DNA of 64,000 nucleotides, taken from assembly GCA_040954595.2 (NCBI GenBank), contig CM082582.2, positions 2,154,303-2,218,302 on the forward strand, in the 5' to 3' direction. The notes beneath the pieces are model-generated. The model was not told the origin of the DNA. It was given only the letters and a program-made list of their open reading frames with translations, and searched no databases. Below are positions 12,651-26,288 of the stretch, piece after piece (the first letter of the stretch is position 1; each line of letters begins with the position of its first letter). A program made the position numbers and the translations under genes. The stretch is from Balanoglossus misakiensis. Lineage: Eukaryota; Animalia; Hemichordata.

Positions 12651-13970
12651 TTTTTCGTAAGGGAATCAATCAAAGTGTATTATAAAACCAGATTCCAAGA
12701 AAATACAGCTGTTCAAAGGGGCTTAGGCTTTTTTCATCTTCCCTTGTCAGGTTGATATGACTATTGTTAGTATGCAGTGTTGTATGAAATGTTTTACATC
12801 GCTTACTTACCTCACCCAACATGGCAGCCAATTGTTCTACAGTAAATCCACTGTAATTAATACTACCTTGACTTGGCAAAGGATATGGAGGAGAGTTCAG
12901 ATCAATATACAATGTTTCTATATTGGTGCGCTGTATACAAAGAGAAGATAAAACAATATTTTGTTATTGGCAGTATTGTCAGTCAGTGTTTTTTTTAACC
13001 CTTCCACCCCAATTTCCTCTTCAGTGCTCCAACCTTAACATAGAAAACAATGCAGTTGGACTGAACCATTGTGGTGATCAGGGTAATGTAACCAGGGTTC
13101 CCCAGTCATTTTGTTAACATTCCTTATGGTACCATAAATGCAGTCATATTAATGGTAAGACAGGTGTTACATGGGGTTTCAAAATCACTTATTGCTCCAC
13201 CCCCCCCCCCCAACAATAGCCAAAATACTGTCAGTGTTATCCAAATTCTTATTTCACACCTGTTACAACTAACAAGGTATCTGTCACAGTCATTTTATGC
13301 TCTTTTAGTATCCAGGATCTATTGTCGATGATATAATCATCTCTGATCAGACTAGATTGCATGTATAGCTCAACAGAATAATATTGAAGGTCAGAATGCT
13401 TTTGATGAGGAAACAAAACACCAACTGCGAGATTATATCTTCTTCAGAAAATACCATCATTTTTATGTTAGTCAAGATACTTTGCAACTGGTGTATTGTT
13501 CTCTCATCAAAAGCATTCTGACCTTCAATATTACTGTAAAACGGATTATTTTCGTGACAGGAAATGTTCGCGATATTAAAAGAGGCAACTGTTATGCGAG
13601 GATTAATTTTCATGTTCTTGTATTTCATTGCATCTTTATCTCCGAAAAACATTTTACGCAACTTTTTCTTTTCACATTTTGTTGGCTCTCGCCTATTTCG
13701 CAAAAATTAATTGCTTGCGAAAATAACCCGTTTTACACACAGGTGCAAGCTTTCTCTTATTGTGAGTATGGCAGAGAAAGTTTTGGCTGCTGTCAAAATT
13801 TTCTGACAAAGACATCCAGAAGGATTATGAAACTGAAAATGTTGATAATACAGTGAAACCTGTCAATTAATACAGACATCTCTCTAATCAGGACACCTCT
13901 CTATTAAGGAAAGATTGTTCAAGACAAGAGTAATGGTTTGAATAGAATATTACATGCACATTTCTGTTAA

Positions 13971-14795
13971 AGGGACAAAGTCTCTCTCTCGCTGCCCTTT
14001 TTAGGTCCCATTGGTATAGGCCTATATACCATGGGACCTTATGGGATTGGTTGCGTCTGTATGTATGTATGTATGGATGGATGTATGGATGTATGTCCGT
14101 CCACATCAAAAACTTGAAAACCACTGTGTGTATCACCTTGATATTTGGTGTGCACATGCAGGCTGGGCTGTAGATGGGAGTTTGTTCAAATGAAGTTGTC
14201 GTTGCCAAAAATATGCAAATTAGCTGGAAAAATGTGAACTTAGTCAAAACTCAGTAACTCAAGAACTACTGGTCAGATTGCTTTGCGAAGTGGTGTGTAT
14301 TTACTTTATTGAGTTGTTTATATACACAGGAAATTCCTGAATGATTACATAACTGGCTAAGTTTTAAAGAGGCCAGCTGTTCTATTTAGTGTGTGTGTCT
14401 GTCAGTATATCGCCATTTACTCCGGTGTAGACTTTTTCTTTTGTATTCCCTCAATGGGACCACTGTGTCCTTGACGCGATTTTTTCCATTATGTTTGATA
14501 CAAGAGACATTTTATATTAATGTACATGTGTATATGTAGTTAATGAACGTTCAACCATACACAATTTCCATCCCACTTGAATGATATGAGCATAAAAACT
14601 CGCATAAAATGAATAAATGATAGAGACCGATTATTGGCGTGTGTTTTTTATCACTCTGGTGGCTACAAGCAGGGTTGAAGTTGTGTGTGGTGAAACATTG
14701 ATTCACTATATATCCACATGTAGAATAACAGAAATGGTGCCCTGTAACAAACCTAATTCATGGAAAAGGGGCAGCGAGGGAGAGAATTTGTCCCT
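13971..14795. mobile_element. TTAA-target (Kolobok-type) MITE, copy 1
   Basis: ttaa|agggacaaagtctctctctcgctgccc ... gggcagcgagggagagaatttgtccct|ttaa; homologous copies at ~49236-49584 and ~58030-58274. Confidence 0.75.
14003..14479 (+). mobile_element. Helentron/DINE-like non-autonomous element (HINE)
   Basis: Inserted in a T-run without TSD; subTIR ggtcccatt...aatgggacc, short 5' inverted repeat, (GTAT)n microsatellite. Confidence 0.6.
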
Positions 14796-16959
14796 TTAAG
14801 GACACCTCTCTATTAAGGACACATTTTGTGGTCCCAGAGGTGTCCTTCCTAGGCAGGTTTCAATGTACTTCACATCTCAGTTGTACTCCACTGTCTGTAT
14901 GGAATCATTTCCTGGTTGACATGGTGAACTTTACAAAAACAGATAAACCACCAAAAAAAGTCAGGGCCATATGTAGAGAATGATCTTGAAACTCAGAATT
15001 TTACCATAATTACCTTGAATATCGTAAACTCTTCATATCGTCAAATAACTGCAATGCAGTACTCAGACCTTCAGAAATCATACCATATTTCTCACCTGCT
15101 CCTGACAACAATCTGAAATACAACAACAATCATTTAACAAAAGGTATATGTAAACAATGTCTACTCTGATTGTAGACAGATTTGATTAAACATTTTATGA
15201 AACATTTAAAGGTAGGAACCTCTAATAAAAGCAAGTGAGTCAAAAGTCAAAAAGAGCGACTTTTTCCCTTTAACCCTTTCACCCCAAGTTCCTTCTATAC
15301 AGGTCAAACCTTTTCATAGAAAACAATGGGTTTTGACCGAACCTTGGTTGTGAAAGGGTTAATGGGCTTCCATAATTAGTGTTCTTTAAAATTAGAGGGT
15401 GGTACTTAGGGGTTATTACACTAAATTTGGTGAGAACAATAGAAAGTGGCAAATTCAGGCTCTGCATGTATGATACTAATGACAATTAGCCTTCTGCTTT
15501 AGAATCATCACCATTAAGCTATATTGATTGTATCCGCATCAGTTTATCATCTTTTGCTAATGCATAACACGACTGTTGTGTACTCTTTGAATGGAGGCTG
15601 ATTAAATCGGTGTGACACCCATTTAAAATAACACTAAATAACACAAAACTACAATGTGTGCGCGCAAATATTTTGTCACAGTTGCGTGACATGCGCACAC
15701 AAAAAATCCATTGAAAGATAACAGCGGGCGAGGCTATCTGGGGCGCCTTGTCAAGGTTGGCCGGTCAGGCGCCCTGTACACATGTACGCGTACGCGCGCT
15801 TGTATGCTGTAGCAGGACGCACAATGATGTACGTGCGGTAACCTAGGCCACAAACATGACACGTGTCGGGCTATAATTTATGCACACAGAAGCCATTAGA
15901 TATAACAAAGCAAGTAGGGCTTCTGGGTCATTTTCCTTGATGATATAACACAAGAATTCCATACCTTGTCTGTACTTAATACGTATCGGGGGGGGGGACC
16001 ACTGTACACAGTCTCTTTCATGATGTTTATGTACTTTATTCGCTACATTCTAAATGATATTTTTTGTGTTGGGCCATCTAGACATGAAGGGAGAACTCAT
16101 TCAAGTATGTTTATCTGAAAGCCTGCTTGTCTATCGCTATTTTGTTGCACGTAATTCAAATACAATTTCACGAAAAAAAAATTGGCTCTTTGCGTGCACT
16201 GCGCGTAAAAAATAAAATATCAAACGCAAGCCCAGTAGAAATTCCAAATTACCTATGATATGATTTCATAATAAGTCTAAAGAAGCCAATCCCATTAACT
16301 TACAACTAAAATTTATAGAAATCAGCCATACAGTGTACACTTTCTGAGAAATATAATTTTTTATCAAAATTGGTAAATATACCCCCAAAATACAAGACAT
16401 TGCCCCCACAAAACATTGACACTTTCATCATAGGTTTTGTAAATCATCATGACAACTCACCATGGAACCTTCAAATCAAATTTCAAAGCAACGGGGTAGA
16501 GGGTTCTGAGAAAGAGTTTTGACCAAAAATGGCAAAAATCACCCCAAAAATATACTATTGAATTCTACAAATTGATTTGACAAACACACATCTCTATGCC
16601 TACCAAATTTCAAAGCAATCTGACAAATGGTTTTACAGAAAAAAATTGATCAAAAAGGCAAAATTTGCACCAAAATTATAAATTTGCAAATTTTGCAGCA
16701 AATTTAAACAAAACTTTGATAACTCACATCACCTATATGAAGCCCCATACTAAATTTCAAAGAAGTCAGGTCATCAATTCCAGAAAAGTAGATTTTTTAC
16801 CAAAAATGTGGAAAAAGACAAAAAAATACATAAATTATAGAAAATTCAAACTATTAGTTCAAAACATACACAACTGTGTGAGGTTAATATAAGGTACATG
16901 CATACCAATTTTCAAATCAATATGACCAGTGGTTGTTGAGTTTCTGAGTTTTGGCCAAA

Positions 16960-17143
16960 TTTACGTTTTTCCCAACAACTTCATTTGAACAAACTCCCAT
17001 CTACAGCCCTGCCTGCATCTGCACACCAAATATCGAGGTTATATGCTCAGCGGTTTTCAAGTTTTTGATGTGAACGGACATACATCCATACAGACGCAAC
17101 CGATCTCATGAGGTACCACCAGTATATACAAATGGGACCTAAA
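16960..17143 (-). mobile_element. Second, truncated copy of the same HINE-like repeat
   Basis: Reverse complement of 14003-14200 (aatgggacctaaa; catttgaacaaactcccatctacagccc). Confidence 0.65.
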
Positions 17144-18348
17144 GATATTTCGGTGCAACTTGTAGACTGCATCATATATATATATATTGTGTTGTCGCCC
17201 AAATTGTGTGTGTGTGTGTGTGTGTGTGTGAGGGGGGGGGGGGGGGTTCCCAATGTGCCCTTCCTATGATATCTGCAATAATTGTAGCCTAGATGGGATG
17301 ATTGATCAAGCCCATAAGCGATCAACCAGCCCACCAAAGCTACAATTATTGCACCTATTCCTATGATAGCTGGATCCATAGGGTAAACTGTACAAAACAA
17401 ATAAGTGTCAGTATAAAATGTGGTAACTTTTGGCGTTTGTTTCTTCCCACTGAATTTCGACATCGCAAAGTGATTTCAGATGTCAGTTTATATTTATAAT
17501 AACATTACTGCCACTAAGAAATATGAATGAAGTTGCACAGTTCATATAAACATTACACCACTGGCAACTGTGCTATATCATGCCACTTTTATGACCCCTT
17601 TTGACCTCTACATCCTGGCTTTTTGTCGGTGTGAGTATACAATTTCGAGTTTACCAACCATGCTATTGAATCAATGCATTTTTTCTCATCCTTGAACAAA
17701 ACTGGTGAACATTGCCTGTTAGAAAAGGTTAGCTGTTCAACATTGAATGATGAATGATGTCAAACCAACAAATCACCAGGATGTAAGGTCACACAGGGGT
17801 CATGAAAGAGGCCTGTAAGATACTCTTGTTCTCTGCCCACTTTCTAACCCTGCTGTCACTACCAGCAGCAGGAATGGGACAGGGGACCAGGCTATATCTA
17901 TAGGACTGTTTGCTAACATTAAGTGTGTTTACTTGAGTAAGTTGGGTACTATAAAAAGAATTGTCACCATTACTGTAGGGGGAGACATGAGTCTACCTGG
18001 TTGATTTATATTTTACATAATGTGCTTAGATTAATAGAAATAATTTATGCATAGTTACTTAGGAACACTTCCATAACTAGTCTGCATTTTGCCTCTGCCA
18101 AATAGTAAAGAAAAAACATCAGAGAATAGGCAGAGTAGAAACTAAACTGCACTCTCCTAAATATAAAATGGTTTACCCCTAAGTCTAATGTGATGCATAG
18201 TGTGATTCAATCTGTGTCAATAAAATTGCAACCACATCAGTGTTCAGTGAAAACAGTATGTGACATACTTTTCCACCTGACCAAATCTATTAGAAACACA
18301 TTTTTTAAAGAAATTGTTTTAAAGGGGCAGCTGCTATGACATTTGGGA

Positions 18349-18810
18349 TTAATAGAATCTCACACTCCCAAGGACCTGGGATCGTATTTCTCACACGAGT
18401 TGGGGATTTTCTGTCACACACGAGCCGCAGGCGAGTGTGGGACAAAATATCCCTGACGAGTGTGAGAAATACGATCCCAGGTCCTTGGTGTGTGAGATTA
18501 TTTTTCTCACACGGTCACAAATTAGCCAAATTCGTTAAAACATTGAATAAATGACTCTGGAACTGTCGTCTGGGGGCACGTTATAGTTCTGTGCCTGTAA
18601 TACACATCACGCCATTGGATAACATTTAGTGCGCGAAGAGAAAGAACTCTTTGTCAACCAATCAGCGCTCGCGTCATATACAGCTTTCGATTCAGTGAGA
18701 GTGTGAGAATAATAGAATCTCACACTCCCAAGGACCTGAGATCGTATTTCTCACACTCGTCGGGGATATCCTATCCCACACTCCCAGCGGCCAGCAGTGT
18801 GAGAAATTAA
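18349..18810. repeat. Palindromic (hairpin) non-autonomous repeat, Crypton-like
   Basis: ~160-bp hairpin centred on cgagccgcaggcgag, with its left arm repeated at 18710-18790. Confidence 0.55.
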
Positions 18811-18813
18811 ATA

Positions 18814-18990
18814 CAGTAAAACCTGTCTGAACCGAACACTGAAGGCACTGAAGAAATTGTTCAGTTTACAGACATTTCCAGTTTGTAAAGGTTCTTTTAA
18901 CATGTGATTCTATGTCGAAGGTACTGAAAAGGTGTTCAGTATAGACAGGTTTCCAGATTAGACAGGGTTTGGTTTTGACAGGTTTTACTG
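18814..18990. mobile_element. Short Tc1/pogo-type MITE
   Basis: ta|cagtaaaacctgtc ... gacaggttttactg. Confidence 0.65.
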
Positions 18991-20065
18991 AAGGTTGAAA
19001 ATTAATTCTATGTGGCCACTGAAGATTCTTGTGCTACTCCCAACAATATGTTGAAACCCACAATTGATGTATAAAATACCATCCACTAAATATTTAAATG
19101 TCACCAAAAACATTTTACTCTAAATAAATAAATATATTCTATAAAAACATATTTTTAGACATGTTGCATATTTACGTAACAGTAGTAAAAAAATGTGAAT
19201 GATAACATTACACATTCACGGGCTATGTTGACAAGTGAAGTATAAATGGGTATATTAGCATGCTGTTTGGAGTAGAACAAGAAATTCCCATTGATACTCA
19301 GAACAAAAATATATGTACATCAATTAAAGCCAAAAGTTACAGCTAATGTCCCGTTAAGTGCATTGTAATTCAGAAAACTTCTGGAGCAGTGAATAAATCC
19401 TACTATTCCTAGTATATCAGAAGTTTTTGTCATTTTAAAAATCAAGCTAGTTGCTTTAAAAAAAAATGAGACACTACTTTGTACAAAAGTTATGACAGCT
19501 TGCATTCACGCAGATTTGAGCCAGACATCTCAAAGCGTTAACAAAAAAACATAGAGCATACTGTTTTTGCGAAGGTAATTTAAATTGCTTGTTACGTGAT
19601 AGTAGTGAAAACAATGGTGACATTGAAGTAACCGAAATGTTCTCCTATATCAAGCTTTCAGAGATAATTAACAGAGAAATGTTTATTTCAAAAAGTGAAT
19701 GTCTTATTTTTTAGCTTATACAGTCACAGTATGTAATAGAGGGACTGTGATATAGTGCACTGGTTTGGCTGTTGTTTCACTACAGATTTTTGTGGTGGGG
19801 GTCACGGGTGGGTCTATGATGGGGGAAACCAGCATAGAACCCCCCCCCCCTCCACCCTCCCCCTAGCTGTGTTTCCATAGAGATAATGTAGTACTAAATG
19901 TGACATTATTATATGACTCAGAAGGTCACATAGCTCTGCGTACAGGTCTGTGTGTTCCCGGCTGTATGCAGAGCTAAAGGTCACACAGAGAAACCACACG
20001 ACAGAGATCTCACCATCTCAAAAAGCTGACTCTGAAAAGCATGTAAAAGAATTAAGACTGGCTTA

Positions 20066-20700
20066 CCTGTAGGAGGACCTGTGTCACACATCTCTGCCCG
20101 CCAAGGTCTTGCCAACGACCCTGGCGATGTCTGTCATCTAGTCTTGCTCCAAGCGATGCTAATCACACTGGCGGCGCGTCATACTCATGTTCCTTTCCTT
20201 TATCTACAGGCACGGCGACTGCCGTAAAGCCAAGTCATCACCGGACTCATCATATCTGATATACTTCCCTGGCCGGTCGGGGCAACACCGACGTCACGAT
20301 AAAACGTCGTAGGTCCCGTGGCAACACCGTAGCTACACCCTAATGAGAGAGAATGTCTAGTGATCTGAGTGACGGCAACTGATCCAGGATCTCAATCACT
20401 CACCCGGCTCTGTCAGTGTCATGGCTCTCTCTCTCAACTACGGTGCGACCTGTGATGACGACCACCTCGCAAAGTTCTGCCAAGCGCCGCCGCGTCCCAT
20501 GTAGAAAGGTTGCGAAACCCTTTGAAAACACTGCCAAGAATGCTCCATTATCCGAAATATGTTCTTTCACTGACGTCTCCACTCATGAGAAATTTAAAAA
20601 AGGGGCGTAACACGCTGTTGTAAAAGATCAGCTGATTCGCGACCAAAACATTCACGATTGACCCTTGACCTAGGATAGTCCTGTACCCTCGATCCAGCGC
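20066..20700 (-). other. CpG-rich probable first exon/promoter of a leftward host transcript
   Basis: Strong donor CAG|GTAAG at 20066 (minus), local CpG enrichment, candidate downstream exons at ~15096-15112 and ~13259-13341; no recognisable product. Confidence 0.3.
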
Positions 20701-21008
20701 CAGCTAAGTTGGCGTTGTTAAAATAATTATTAGGTAAACAGCCATCACTATAAGCTATAGATGTAATTCAGTAAACCAAAATCTTTAAAAATATATGTTG
20801 TCAAGAACAATTTATAGACCAAGGCCATGGCCAGAGGTACATCCGAAAAATACCAACTGTACATGGTTATTCTTGTATAACCTTTGACCCCGATTTGTAA
20901 ACAGTGCTGCATGTTTGAAGTATCGCTCTTAAAAATTGAGATTCACCTGATGCAGTGGTTTTATATGAAAGCCAGTTGGGGACATGTACATACGCAATAA
21001 ATAAAAAA

Positions 21009-21345
21009 TTATCTCGAGATCTCGAGATAATTCCATTCGTTTTCCTGACTTTTTATTTTTTTATCTCGAGATCTCGAGATAATTCCATTCGTTTTCCTGA
21101 CTTTTTATTTTTTTATCTCGAGATCTCGAGATAATGCTATTCGTTTTCCTGACTTTTTATTTTTTTATCTCGAGATCTCGAGATAATTCCAATTCGTTTT
21201 CCCGACTTTTTATTTTTTTATCTCGAGATCTCGAGATAATTCAAGTTCGTTTTCCCGACTTTTTATTTTTTTATCTCGAGATCTCGAGATAATTCCAATT
21301 CGTTTTCCCGACTTTTTATTTTTTTATCTCGAGATCTCGAGATAA
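21009..21345. repeat. Left TIR array: 52-53-bp unit x7 with the 22-bp palindrome TTATCTCGAGATCTCGAGATAA
   Basis: Seen directly; inverted relative to the right array. Confidence 0.95.
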
Positions 21346-22145
21346 ATTTGTCTTAAAGAGGGCGGGTGTATTGGTACGGAGACTGTCCAGAGAGGGCGGT
21401 GTATCGGTACAGAGAATATGGCGTTCTTTTACTAGCTTGACCTAGTACCAGGACTTTTCGTCGGATTCTGCCTTACATGCTGCATCGTATCTTATCAGAC
21501 TGACTGAGTGTTGGTAAGTTGAGATTTTACCTCCTTCTCATAACCGTTAGATTTGTCGTACACGTAACATGACCACACGATGCACAATTTGTACTGGTTT
21601 GTGATGTGGCAATCTATTGAGTCGCCTTGCACGTCAAGCGTCATCATGATCATGCCAAACACGATCGACGCGACGTTGACAATGTGCTGCATGCAATAGG
21701 TTGACTGAGACGTTCTTGTCAGTATCTCGTACTCAACTTAACTTGCTTGATTTTTGATTCATGATGTAACATATGCCATCAATATATATGTATATATATG
21801 CCATCACAACTTGAGGCTAACTCTGGCCTTATGCCGCGCTGTTTGAAACATATATCATACATGATTCAACTTGTGTGTGGGGCGGATAGTTACATCGCCT
21901 AGGATCAAGTTGCCATAACTGGATTCTTCCAATAAATAAATGCACTTTAACTTGATCTTGAATATTAAACAATGCAATGTTAACATCAGTACAGCTGCTG
22001 TGATTTATTTTACTTTGCTTCAGTCTGTGATTATGACACAGACAAATGTGAGTGTGTATGGTGACCTCAGTACATCCAAGGTCAAACGTCAACAACTCTT
22101 CAGTTGATATGAAAGTTTCAAACAAAAAAATTAAAGCAAAATAGG

Positions 22146-22146
<1 letters not shown>

Positions 22147-22210
<64 letters not shown>

Positions 22211-23078
22211 TGAGTGTGTATGTGTCTGTCTGTGTCTGTCTCTATGTATTAATGAGTGTGTGTGTAATGTTTGTGCACATTGATTGACTTGATTTAATAT
22301 TGAAGATTTAAGCACCGATGGCATTTATTACAAAGAGTTATATTATTATCAATAGAGTCCAAGTTGAAGTCTTAATCACTCCCTAAATTATTTTAAATTG
22401 TATGTATGTATGTATGTATGTATGTATGTATGTATGTATGTATGTATGTATGTATGTATGTATGTATGTATGTATGTATGTATGTATGTATGTATGTATG
22501 CATGTATGTATGTATGTATGTATGTATGTATGTATGTATGTTGACAATTGAGAAGTTTCCTCATCAAAAATTCTGAACAAAATTCTTGCTTCACTGTAAT
22601 TTTTGGTGAAATATCAACTTTATTCAAGGTGAGAAAGTAGATAGTTTTTCTTTCTGAGATAATATTCTCAAATTTCCCAAACTGTTCATAAAAATCAAGT
22701 TGATGCATTATTTCATGCTTGTCTTTAGGTACATCAGTTTTGATTTAACTGTTGTTGATTTTCCTTACAGAAAAATATTACTTAAGCAAACAGATCAGAC
22801 AAAATGGCAGAAAAACTATATGAATTTCTTAGACGACGCAGAGTGCCTGAAGAGGAAATTGACAGACTTGAACAGGAAAAGGTAAATTTTTTATTAGTTC
22901 TTGTTGCATATATGTAAATATGGCTAAATGAGCTTTAAGGCTAGTAGGTGGAAAAATATTCATTGACAGTCTTTCCATCTTTGTTTGTTTGTTTGTTTGT
23001 ATGTATGTACCCGTATGTATGTATGTATGTATGTATGTATGTATGTATGTATGTATGTATGTATGTATGTATGTATGT
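22147..23078. repeat. Microsatellites (GT)n 22147-22208, (GTAT)n 22399-22540, (GTTT)n(GTAT)n 22982-23078
   Basis: Seen directly. Confidence 0.95.
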
Positions 23079-25305
23079 AGCGAGACCCCCCGCACCCTCT
23101 GCCCATATGCATGCACTAAGATTCCATGTGCTTTAAATTGATTTTCAGATTGATCCATCGGTGATCCTCTTAATGGATGATGAGATGTTATCTAAGTATT
23201 TGACATCTTATGGGGACAGAGTTGCTGCTGTGGACTTCTCTCGCAGATTATTTTGTACTGTTCCAGACAGAGAGAGCAGGAAGTCAGAACTACTGAAAAA
23301 AATAAGACAAAAATTTAGCCTTCGAAATGGAAAGCAGAATAGTGTATCAGATGACAAGGGAGAATCAAGTAAAGGTAATCGTGGACAAGCCTCAACTAGA
23401 CCAAGACCATTTGGTAATACACATGCAGCAAAAATAAAGCGGAAAATTGAAATAGGATGGCTTGATTTTGATTTCATTGAAAAAGAATACAAGCAAGTTC
23501 GAGCCAGAAAAGGTGGTGGAACAAGGTGTATATCAGTAAGTAAGTCGAGCACGAAAGCTGATCTCCTGACTACAGGAAAAGATTTGTTTTTCCCCAACGG
23601 CGTATCACAGCGAGGAGACATGGACAGTTATCATGTTGACATAAGAGATTCAGGAGAAAGAACAATTGATGAAACAAGCACCGTTGGCGAATTGTATGAA
23701 GTAACTGGATTTAGAATGCTCCGCTTCTACATTATGACAAAGAGAAAAGACTGTGAACAGGTAGTGAAACCTAAAAAGAAGAGCAGACAAACAAGTAAGC
23801 AGTCACAATTAGAATCAGTGTCATTGTCAGATGACAGCAGTGATGCTGATCTACCTGATCCAGGACTTGATAGGCATGTGCCAGTTCCACCGGCAAAGAC
23901 GAGACAAGCAAGCAAGGGACAGTCACAAGCTCTTCCACAGGAATCTATTGATATGTTGTCTGATGAGAGCAATGATGCAGGTGTACCAAGTGCAGGAAAC
24001 CACAATAAGCATATCCTAGATACAGTTCACCATGATCATGGTATGCCCAGTTGTAGCAGATTCCAGTCTGAACCCATCCCTGACGTAGGTTCTGAAGTCA
24101 CATTAGAGACAGTCGATTCTGATGCAGAACCACTGGTGATTAGTGATAATGATTCAAACATTGTTCAGTTTGGATCACGGGGTTCCAATAGTAACTCAGC
24201 AGAAAGCCTTGATTCTACATTGCCGTTCTTTGAAAATGATGAACCTGTTAGCCAATCCCAGCCCCAAGACACTACCAGTCATATCAGTGAAGATCAAGAC
24301 CCAGTGGAGACTAGAACACTTGTAATACACAGGAGTGATGTTTTGAATGACATGATTTCAGAATTCTCAGATCCAAAGATTATGGCATGTCCTATCAATG
24401 TGGCCATGGTTATGCCAGGAGGTAATATTGAGCGTGGTAGTGGTAGTGGAGTTGTGAGAGACTGTTTTACAAGTTTTTGGTCCGAGTTCTATGAATGTTG
24501 CACAGTTGGAAAGAATTGCCGGGTGCCATTCATTAGGCATGATTACCCAAGAGAAAAATGGGAAGCTGTAGCAAGAATAATCATGAAGGGTTGGAAGGAA
24601 ATGGATTACTTCCCTATTGAGTTTGCAAAGCCATTCATGGAAGAAGTAATGTTTGGAGACCAGAAGTGTGAAGAGGCAAGTCTACTTCAAGTGTATTATC
24701 ACTTCCTGTCTGAATCGGACCGTGAAGTATTTGAAGCTGCAATGAAGAACTTCCAAGAAGTAGAAGAAGATGAGTTAATTGAAGTGTTAGACCGACATGA
24801 CTGTAAAAGACTGCCAACCAAAGAAAACATTGGATCCATTCTGCACGAAATAGCGCATAAAGAGATAGTACAAGAGCCAATGTTTGTCATTGATAGTTGG
24901 CGACCAATCTTACAGCCATTAGGCAAACAAATTGGCAAAGAGAACTTGGATAGACTGTATAATGACAAGAAACCAACAACAAAGAAAGTCCTACAACATC
25001 TTCAAATCGCCGAATGCTTGAATAATGATGAGAGGGCTGTTGCTAATCACTTAAAACGATACATCCGTGAACTTGAGCAAAGTACTCTAAAGAAGTTCCT
25101 GAGATATTGCACTGGTTGTGACATAATGACAGCAGAGCCGATTCAAGTGTCATTTGTTAAACTTGATGGTTTACAACGTCGTCCAGTTGCTCACACATGT
25201 GGCAATGTGCTTGAACTGCCATTGTCATATGCCAACTTCGTAGAATTCAGAAGTGAGTTCAATGCAGTTTTGAACAGTGGTTTTTGGGACATGGATATTA
25301 TTTGA
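22804..25305 (+). CDS. SAM-like + HECT E3 ubiquitin ligase (G2E3-like HECT), 744 aa, exons 22804-22881 and 23149-25305
   Basis: Spliced N-terminus LYEFLRRRRVPEEEIDRLEQEK|IDPSVILLMDDEMLSKYLTSYGDR is SAM-like; HECT motifs ERGSGSGVVRDCF, KKFLRYCTG and RRPVAHTCGNVLELP with the catalytic Cys; frame uninterrupted. Confidence 0.85.
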
Positions 25306-26288
25306 GACCATTGATATTGTTTCCATTGGTAGAACAGCAATGGTGAGTTATTACATGAATTAAAGGGACAATATTGTTGTGTTTGGCTTACATTGATAGA
25401 AAGAATACAGGGAATACTTGTGTAAAGTCACTTGGTATGCAAAGTAATGATTATGTCAATGATGAACCTGACGTGTCAGAAGTCACCTCTTTGCTGCATG
25501 GAAGAGGTGAATTTATGTGGATTCATTAAGGGATGCGCCTGTAACTTTGCACTATTTTCAGTGTTTTCTTTAAATGTTCATACAGTTGCCATTTACTGTC
25601 ATATTTCCTACAAATTGTTTTATCATTGATTACGTTAAATGTTTACACATATTATCTAATATATGGAGAAGCTAAATACTTGATGTGTTATTGCAGCCTG
25701 TTGTGGGGAGTTATTCAGTTACTTATTCAGCCTGTTGTGGGGAGTTATTCAGTTACTTATTCAGTTACTATGTGACACAGTGTGTGACATAATGGTTAAA
25801 GCACAGGATGACCAGGCTTGGTTATTGGTGTAGATATAATGTAAACAAACAACTAGGAGTAGTCTCTGTTCCACTCTACCAAAGAAGATCAGTGCTTTAC
25901 TTGTCACTTATCGTCTGTATACTTAGTTTCTTTATTAACATGTTTGTTTGTTTGTTTACATATTTACATCTACAACCAAGCCTGGGCATCATGTGGTTTT
26001 AAGGTGCAAACAGTTGAGCCACAAAGTTGTTGTATTTCAGCTTTTATTTGCGGTGACAGTATTAAACTTTACAGAATTAGATCTAACATTAACACAAAGT
26101 CTGTGCCATAGTTTCATATTACTTCAGTGTTGAAGATGAACAATATTGTCATTATGTTCTGAAAGTTAATAAAACTTTGTTGTGTTGACAAATATCTTGC
26201 TTTAATTCATCCAGTTCCTTGCATGGAAGTGACATTGTTGTTGTTGTTTGGGTGATGTATAATAATTTCCTTTTACAGTAAGGTCTTG

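Larger units (their letters stand above)
1842..12663. mobile_element. CMC/EnSpm (CACTA-type) DNA transposon, 10.8 kb
   Basis: TIRs cccttacgaaaaaggttctatagaac / gttctatagaactttttcgtaaggg; 2-bp flanking aa/aa; subterminal repeat arrays at both ends; Tnp2-type transposase inside. Confidence 0.92.
13851..14865. mobile_element. Tc1/pogo-type MITE, interrupted by nested insertions
   Basis: ta|cagtgaaacctgtc ... ggcaggtttcaatg|ta; internal aggacacctctctattaagg repeats. Confidence 0.65.

Noticed and set aside
21009-21345. CRISPR-like array of palindromic repeats (also 28696-29190)
   Set aside because: Spacers are near-identical, the arrays are inverted parts of TIRs, there are no cas genes and the context is eukaryotic
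22118-23158. His/Thr/Tyr-rich ORFs
   Set aside because: Translations of (GT)n and (GTAT)n microsatellites
22804-25305. Calling the HECT gene host G2E3
   Set aside because: Lacks G2E3 PHD/RING fingers and lies inside a TIR/TSD-bounded element
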